In this document: piece by piece, positions 58,234 to 64,000 of the stretch
How positions within the stretch are numbered: the first letter of the stretch is position 1
How the letters are laid out: each line of letters starts with the position of its first letter
Source: Candidatus Omnitrophota bacterium
GTDB lineage: Bacteria; Omnitrophota; Gorgyraeia; Zapsychrales; Zapsychraceae
Length of the DNA: 64,000 nucleotides
Assembly: GCA_015233115.1 (NCBI GenBank)
Contig: JADFYJ010000013.1
Coordinates: 9,670-73,669, forward strand
Direction: 5' to 3'
Program-made: the position numbers and the translations under genes
The notes under the pieces: generated by a model
The model's database searches: none
Seen by the model: only the letters and a program-made list of their open reading frames with translations
Told to the model about the DNA's origin: nothing

Positions 58234-58475
58234 TAAGACTCTTGATGACGATTTTTTTTCAAATCTTTTAAAAGATTATCTAATGTTATTTCTTTAATTT
58301 TAGCCGCTTTAGAAAACTTTTCTGAAACAGATTCAAAAACCGAAGGCCTGGGGGTTAAAAGAATCCCGTCGCCTATCCTGGCTACTGACAATACCGAATT
58401 TCTGGATAAATGCAATGATTCCCGAATGTTAGCCGGAATCGTTATTTGTCCCTTTTCTCTCATTTTGGTAACCAT
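58233..58475 (-). CDS. AbrB/MazE/SpoVT-fold antitoxin (VapB-like)
   Basis: KGQITIPANIR swapped-hairpin motif; 1-nt overlap with the PIN gene. Confidence 0.65.
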   Translation of the reverse strand: MVTKMREKGQITIPANIRESLHLSRNSVLSVARIGDGILLTPRPSVFESVSEKFSKAAKIKEITLDNLLKDLKKNRHQES

Positions 58476-58556
58476 TAAATCCTCCCTCTAACAAATTTTC
58501 TTACCATTTCCTACTTTCTAACTAAGGATAACATAACCAGTAAGGATTGGCAATAA

Positions 58557-60434
58557 TTATTCAATCCTTTCTATTGTCTTAAATTGAGCCACCAAATTGC
58601 GAAAAGCCAAAGCTTGAGCAGCCATTTCTTCCGCGGATGCAGCCAGCTGTTTTGAAGACGATGAATTCGATTCTGTAATCGCCATATTTTGTTCCATAGC
58701 CGCTGACTGTTCTTGAGTCATTTCCGATATCGACTGCAGTTGATGCGCTATGGTCGTGATATTTTCAATAATCAACTTGGTGCTTTCTCCCGCGCGTTTG
58801 GAAATATCAACGCCATTGGCCACTTGAGTTAAATTATCTTTAATCAAAATTTGAATTTCTTTTGCGGAGACAGCGCTGCGTGCGGCTAATTTACGGACTT
58901 CATCAGCGACGACAGCGAAACCTTTTCCATGTTCTCCCGCGCGCGCCGCTTCAATCGCCGCGTTTAACGCCAATAAATTGGTCTGGTCCGCGATATCTGT
59001 GATCAAGGTAACAGCCTCAGCCATTTGCCGCGAACCTTTTTCAATGTCCGCCATCGCCTCCACAGTGCTATCCATGGCCAAACCAGTTTTTTTAGCTTCT
59101 TCCGCTACATTTTGGGCAATATGACTCGCTGACCTGACATTTTCCGAGTTGGTTTGTACTGAACTGGATAATTCTTCAAATGACGCGGACTGCTGCTGCG
59201 CTCCATCAGAAATTTGATGAGATCCTGAGGAAACTTCTTCTGTGGCCACAGATAATTGATCTGCTGCCGCGCGAATCCGGATAATAATATTGGATAATTT
59301 ATCAGAAAACCCATCCATGACCCTCGTCATAATCCCTATCTCATCACCACGAGACATCTTAAGACGGCTCGTCAAATCATAATCAGCCATTTTATTTAGC
59401 GCATTCATCGCCTGATCCAAAGGACGGGTCATCGAAATTGCGATCGGAAAAACCAGAAAAATTCCAATTAAAACAAAAACGATCACACAAATTATAATCA
59501 TCATGCGGATTCTGATAACCGGTTCCAAAAATTCTGATAAATAGCTCCCTACCACTAAATACCAATCAAGGGTCTCATTATAAGAATAAGCCGCAATTTT
59601 TTTCCGCCCCTCCCAAGAATAACTAAAAGTTCCATTTTTTTCAGCAAGAATATGTTTAACAAAATCATATTGGCCTACATTTGTCCCCTCCAGCTTCGGA
59701 TGCAGGAGCAAATCCCCTTTGCTATTAATGATATAAACATACCCCGTTGCCCCTATCTTAAGCGCTTTCCAAGCCGCATGATGACTTTCAAAAATGTCCA
59801 TCACTTTAACGCCTGTAAACAATATGGCTGTGACCTGACCATCCCGATTTTTCATGGGACGGTATCTTACAAAATAGTCTTCACCCAGAATCGGTGCACG
59901 CCCAATATAATCACCATGAGAAGACATCACCTTGGCAAAAACTACTGGATCCAACTTAGTCCCTACGGCTCGTTTACCTTCCTTATTTTTAACTGTGGTC
60001 AATAAACGAATCGCCTCTCCATTTTCAACTTTAAAAATAGTCATCACATAACCATGTCCCGCTGCCGCAGCGACATAATCAATAAAACCTTGATTTTCCA
60101 TGTTGAATATACGTTTCTGCCCATCAGCGGAAACGCAGGTTAGACCCTGACCATCATTCTCGATAAATCGTTGCCCAATAGCGTAACCACTAAATGCCTT
60201 AGCTTCAATCAAGTGCAAAGCTGTTTCTAAATTTCTATCAAGGCCTTTAAGCGTATGGCTAACTTCCTGACTAAATCCCATGACCTGACCTTGTAATTTG
60301 TCTTTGATCTGCTCGACTAAAGCGCTATTCACTAAATTGTAGGTTACAATCCCCATAGAGAAAAGCGGCACCACAATAAAAGCGGATAATATAACGTTCA
60401 ACTTAAGCTTCATTTTCCAGTTATCTAAAAACAT
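58557..60434 (-). CDS. Methyl-accepting chemotaxis protein with periplasmic dCache-like sensor
   Basis: N-terminal TM, about 270 aa periplasmic region, second TM, HAMP, and an MCP signalling domain with methylation heptads. Confidence 0.8.
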   Translation of the reverse strand: MFLDNWKMKLKLNVILSAFIVVPLFSMGIVTYNLVNSALVEQIKDKLQGQVMGFSQEVSHTLKGLDRNLETALHLIEAKAFSGYAIGQRFIENDGQGLTCVSADGQKRIFNMENQGFIDYVAAAAGHGYVMTIFKVENGEAIRLLTTVKNKEGKRAVGTKLDPVVFAKVMSSHGDYIGRAPILGEDYFVRYRPMKNRDGQVTAILFTGVKVMDIFESHHAAWKALKIGATGYVYIINSKGDLLLHPKLEGTNVGQYDFVKHILAEKNGTFSYSWEGRKKIAAYSYNETLDWYLVVGSYLSEFLEPVIRIRMMIIICVIVFVLIGIFLVFPIAISMTRPLDQAMNALNKMADYDLTSRLKMSRGDEIGIMTRVMDGFSDKLSNIIIRIRAAADQLSVATEEVSSGSHQISDGAQQQSASFEELSSSVQTNSENVRSASHIAQNVAEEAKKTGLAMDSTVEAMADIEKGSRQMAEAVTLITDIADQTNLLALNAAIEAARAGEHGKGFAVVADEVRKLAARSAVSAKEIQILIKDNLTQVANGVDISKRAGESTKLIIENITTIAHQLQSISEMTQEQSAAMEQNMAITESNSSSSKQLAASAEEMAAQALAFRNLVAQFKTIERIE

Positions 60435-60482
60435 AACACCACGCTCCTTATGCCTGTGTCCTGTTGTGACTACATTACCAAA

Positions 60483-61226
60483 TCACGCTCCAAAGTCAAC
60501 TTCAATATCACTAAATATACGTCTTAACTTTGAAATCGCCAATTCTTGGTCTATAAAGTACGGGCTGGTGGCTATGGTGATAAAATCGCTGTTTTCAATG
60601 TATTGCTGAATAACATCGACCTTTAGATTTTCAGGAATATAATTCATTTCAGGCGCGAAAATATCCATATCCAAGTCTACGATATATTTACCCGGCCAAA
60701 CCGGCTTTTCAAAGGATTCTTTACTGTTAATCATGGCCAAATCGCTGAACAAACCCATATCCAATGCCGGCTTGATAAAATTTCCGACATTTAAAACTTT
60801 ATGACTGTAATCGAACGCGGCAGGAAGATCAATCTGGTCACAATTTCCGTCGAAAAACGATTGGGGATCGCGCAGATCTGTATGCTGATCTATATGGACT
60901 AAAAGATCAATGAGATCAATTTTCCGCTGGGCCAAACCCCATAACCAAATAAAAAAAGCGTGATTATGATTATCAAATATAAAAATATCCTTATGCCCCA
61001 GCCGCCAATGCACAAAATGCCTCAGTCCGCGGCAATTTTTCTCCAACCCATCGACCACCTCGCTGAAAACAACTTCCTCACCCGGCTTCACATCTTTCAA
61101 GCTTCCCTGAATAAATCCGGGCACAAAAATTTTCTTATTCACGCGCAGATCATAAGAAAACGCATTATTCCCTTCCGGCGTTTCAATATATAACCCTTTG
61201 TAAAAATCGCTTAATAAACTTTTCAT
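60483..61226 (-). CDS. Hypothetical protein (conserved DNHNH motif; possibly UPF0489-like)
   Basis: No confident family assignment by eye. Confidence 0.3.
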   Translation of the reverse strand: MKSLLSDFYKGLYIETPEGNNAFSYDLRVNKKIFVPGFIQGSLKDVKPGEEVVFSEVVDGLEKNCRGLRHFVHWRLGHKDIFIFDNHNHAFFIWLWGLAQRKIDLIDLLVHIDQHTDLRDPQSFFDGNCDQIDLPAAFDYSHKVLNVGNFIKPALDMGLFSDLAMINSKESFEKPVWPGKYIVDLDMDIFAPEMNYIPENLKVDVIQQYIENSDFITIATSPYFIDQELAISKLRRIFSDIEVDFGA

Positions 61227-61229
61227 TTC

Positions 61230-61907
61230 TTAAATTTCATATTTTTTCTTAATACTTTCAAACCATTTCACAACGTCCGGCGTTGGTGCGTGTTCTCTCA
61301 ACCTGCTATCCAATATGTTTTTATCATCAACGTTAAACAATTGCAATTTATAACGTTTCGCGCCTCTAATCATCTGCTTAATCGACACAATATCATTTTC
61401 ATTCATCATCGAAGGGATATAAGTAGTGCGGAATTCATAATCAACGTTGGACTTCTTTATAATCTCAATACTTTGCTTAACCTGATCCGTAAAACCATCA
61501 ACACCGCTTACGACCGGATATTGATCAAACGAAGCTTTCACGTCCATAGCCACGTAATCCACCAGGTTCTGTTCGATCATGCCGCGCAACACGTCCGGCC
61601 GGCCGCCATTGGTATCCAGCTTCAGAGCATAACCCATGGCCTTCAATTTCATAGAAAACGGGAGGAGATCCGGCTGTAACGTCGGTTCCCCTCCCGTGAT
61701 AACAACTCCCCCAAGCTGGCCTCGCCGCTTGCTGAGAAAATCTAAAACTTCTTGTTCATGAAGCACGGCTGAATAACTGGCAAGATTGACCAATTCCGGA
61801 TTATGACAAAATGGACATCTAAAATTGCAACCCTGCACAAAAATCACTGCCGCGACCCGGCCCGGAAAATCGATCAAAGAAAACTTGATGAGACCGCCGA
61901 TTTTCAT
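61230..61907 (-). CDS. nrdG: Anaerobic ribonucleoside-triphosphate reductase activating protein (radical SAM)
   Basis: CNFRCPFC cluster motif, small size, immediately downstream of nrdD. Confidence 0.8.
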   Translation of the reverse strand: MKIGGLIKFSLIDFPGRVAAVIFVQGCNFRCPFCHNPELVNLASYSAVLHEQEVLDFLSKRRGQLGGVVITGGEPTLQPDLLPFSMKLKAMGYALKLDTNGGRPDVLRGMIEQNLVDYVAMDVKASFDQYPVVSGVDGFTDQVKQSIEIIKKSNVDYEFRTTYIPSMMNENDIVSIKQMIRGAKRYKLQLFNVDDKNILDSRLREHAPTPDVVKWFESIKKKYEI

Positions 61908-61910
61908 GAT

Positions 61911-64000
61911 TTAGATCTTTGTCGTCGACGCCTCTGACTGTTCACCCGTCTTGACCGACTGCGCGTCAGGTGCAGCGACCTTGTTCAAAACATATGTCTT
62001 CCTACGGCTAAACTCTTCCTGTTTTCCCTTATTCCATTGATCCACCGGGCGCAAATATCCAACGACCCTGGAATACACTTCACAATGGCTCTCGCATTTA
62101 TTGCAAAATTTATGTTCTCCGGCAATATATCCGCAAGTCGGACAAACGCTAAACGTCGGCGTAACGGTAAAATAAGGCAAACGGTATTTGTAACAAATCG
62201 TTTTGATCAATTCACGTAACGCGCTGGGATCATTAATCTTTTCGCCGACGAAACCATGCAGAACTGTCCCGCCGGTATATTTGGTCTGTAAAGAATCCTG
62301 GTGATCCAATACTTCAAAAATATCATCAGAATGATCAACCGGCAAATGCGTCGAATTGGTATAGAATGGATTATCGGAATAATTATTTTTAAAACACGGC
62401 ATATCCGCGAAATTATCCTTATCCATCTGCGCCAGGCGGTAACACACCCCTTCAGCCGGAGTGGCTTCCAGATTGTAAATGCTGTCTGTCTCGTCCTGGA
62501 TTTTCATCATCTTATCGCGCATGAATATCAAAACCTTTTCGGAAAAGGCTTTGCCTTCCGGAGTCGCGATTCCCTTGTCCATCATATTGACGCACGCTTC
62601 ATTCATGCCGATCAGGCCGATGGTCGAGAAATGGTTCTTCCAATATTCATTGGTGCGTTTTTTGATATTACGCAGATAAAATTTCATGTATGGATAAAGA
62701 TTTCCGTCGGTAAACTGTTCAAGTATCTTCCGTTTAATTTCCAGACTTTCCTTGGCTAATTCCATCTTTTCTTCAATCAGTTTGAAGAAAGTAGCTTCGT
62801 CTTTTCCGGACAGATACGCCAAACGCGGCATATTAATCGTAACCACGCCGATAGAACCGGTTAACGGAGACGCTCCGAATAACCCGCCGCCTCTGCTTCT
62901 TAACTCGCGATTATCCAGACGCAAACGGCAGCACATACTGCGCGCGTCTTCAGGATCCATATCTGAGTTCACGAAATTTGAGAAATACGGAATGCCATAA
63001 CGCGCCGTCACTTCCCACAACGTATTCATATTCGGATTATCCCAATCAAAATCCTTGGTAATATTATAAGTCGGAATCGGGAAAGTGAATACCCGGCCCT
63101 TCGCGTCGCCTTCCATCATCACTTCCAGAAACGCGCGGTTGAGCATATCCATTTCAGTTTGAAATTCCCGATACGTCTTTTCTTTAATTTCTCCGCCGAT
63201 TACGACACCTTGTTCCGCGAAATGCTTGGGACAATGCAGATCCATCGTAATATTTGTAAACGGAGTTTGAAAACCAACGCGGGTCGGCACATTAATATTA
63301 AAAACAAATTCCTGTAAAGCCTGTTTAACTTCTTTATAACTCAAATTATCATAATGGATAAACGGAGCTAATAATGTATCAAAATTTGAAAACGCCTGAG
63401 CTCCGGCAGCCTCGCCTTGCAAAGTATAAAAGAAATTCACGATCTGCCCTAAAGCACTGCGGAAATGTTTAGCCGAAGCGGATTCCATTTTTCCCGGCGC
63501 GCCTTTAAAGCCGTTGGACAACAAATCATATAAATCCCATCCGACGCAATAAACACTGATCAAACCTAAATCATGGATATGAAAATCTCCATTATGATGC
63601 GCCACCTTCACCCGGGGAGGATAAATTTTATTCAGCCAATAAACCTTGCTTAATTCCGACGACAAATATTGATTCAAGCCCTGAAGGGAGAACGCCATGT
63701 TGCTATTTTCATTAACTTGCCAATCACTCTTGGACAAATATTGATCAACGAGATCCACATTGCTGCGGGAGGTGATTTCGCGGATCTGGGCGTGCTGATC
63801 GCGGTAAATGATATAACCTTTGGCGGTTTTGCGGTAGGGAGAGGTCAACAATACTTCTTCGACGATATCCTGAATCTCCTCAACCGTCGGAACTCTTTCG
63901 CCAAACATTTGCTGAGCAATATTTAATACGCGGAAGGTTAATTTTTGCGCTACATCTTCACCAAATTCTCCGCTGGCCTTTCCGGCTTTAACCAGCGCGT
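61911..64000 (-). CDS. nrdD: Anaerobic ribonucleoside-triphosphate reductase, 5' end beyond window
   Basis: C-terminal glycyl-radical motif RVVGYLRP and Zn-ribbon CPTCG..C..C. The frame stays open upstream of the track start at 63908 through position 64000 (..ALVKAGKASGEFGEDVAQKLTFRVLNIAQQMFGER..), which is consistent with an N-terminal ATP-cone. Confidence 0.85.
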   Translation of the reverse strand, partial: ALVKAGKASGEFGEDVAQKLTFRVLNIAQQMFGERVPTVEEIQDIVEEVLLTSPYRKTAKGYIIYRDQHAQIREITSRSNVDLVDQYLSKSDWQVNENSNMAFSLQGLNQYLSSELSKVYWLNKIYPPRVKVAHHNGDFHIHDLGLISVYCVGWDLYDLLSNGFKGAPGKMESASAKHFRSALGQIVNFFYTLQGEAAGAQAFSNFDTLLAPFIHYDNLSYKEVKQALQEFVFNINVPTRVGFQTPFTNITMDLHCPKHFAEQGVVIGGEIKEKTYREFQTEMDMLNRAFLEVMMEGDAKGRVFTFPIPTYNITKDFDWDNPNMNTLWEVTARYGIPYFSNFVNSDMDPEDARSMCCRLRLDNRELRSRGGGLFGASPLTGSIGVVTINMPRLAYLSGKDEATFFKLIEEKMELAKESLEIKRKILEQFTDGNLYPYMKFYLRNIKKRTNEYWKNHFSTIGLIGMNEACVNMMDKGIATPEGKAFSEKVLIFMRDKMMKIQDETDSIYNLEATPAEGVCYRLAQMDKDNFADMPCFKNNYSDNPFYTNSTHLPVDHSDDIFEVLDHQDSLQTKYTGGTVLHGFVGEKINDPSALRELIKTICYKYRLPYFTVTPTFSVCPTCGYIAGEHKFCNKCESHCEVYSRVVGYLRPVDQWNKGKQEEFSRRKTYVLNKVAAPDAQSVKTGEQSEASTTKI

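Noticed and set aside
1-64000. Search for tRNA, rRNA, transposase, integrase or phage genes
   Set aside because: None was recognised. The only mobile-element-like feature is the non-coding IR element at 19353-19467.

Overview
Low-GC bacterial window of 64 kb, coded almost entirely on the minus strand. Positions 1-47590 look like one co-directional glycan biosynthesis operon of about 47 genes with many 4-nt start/stop overlaps. It is headed by a near-consensus sigma70 promoter (47599-47626) and a winged-helix regulator gene ending at 47590. The operon encodes two nonulosonic acid (NulO) routes. The first is a legionaminic-type module in the same gene order as Campylobacter jejuni ptmE-ptmF-ptmB-ptmA, plus NeuC- and NeuB-like genes. 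The second is a pseudaminic-type module: a PseC-like aminotransferase, a cytidylyltransferase-PseG fusion, a PseF-like gene and a second NeuB-like synthase. Around these sits a large tailoring set: acetamidino formation (PP-loop amidotransferase plus HisH/HisF paralogs), a PIG-L deacetylase with a formyltransferase, at least four SAM methyltransferases, three radical SAM enzymes (one B12-binding, two SPASM-type), an O-carbamoyltransferase, an MBOAT with a DltD-like partner that is cut by an in-frame TAA, an ATP-grasp enzyme, a FemAB-like transferase, a KdsB-like CMP-ulosonate synthetase next to an HpcH-family aldolase, a 2-hydroxyacid dehydrogenase, a HAD phosphatase, a Wzx-type flippase, and three large uncharacterised putative transferases. 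No classical GT-A/GT-B glycosyltransferase was recognised. Downstream are a TonB-dependent receptor behind a cobalamin riboswitch, metF (the only plus-strand gene), thioredoxin-like and CcdA redox proteins, a second DltD-like SGNH protein, B12-dependent methionine synthase metH directly abutting a VapBC-like toxin-antitoxin pair, a dCache methyl-accepting chemotaxis protein, and anaerobic ribonucleotide reductase nrdD/nrdG (the nrdD 5' end lies beyond the window). Several structured noncoding elements were seen: a 4x16-bp tandem array, long perfect hairpins and palindromes, an inverted-repeat element inside the operon, and 8-bp-phased GTAAC repeats. The ORF track uses TTG/GTG as well as ATG starts, so several listed N-termini are over-extended and were trimmed to internal ATGs with RBS support. 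The strongest candidates for something undescribed are the radical SAM trio and the KdsB-like/HpcH-aldolase module embedded in the NulO locus.
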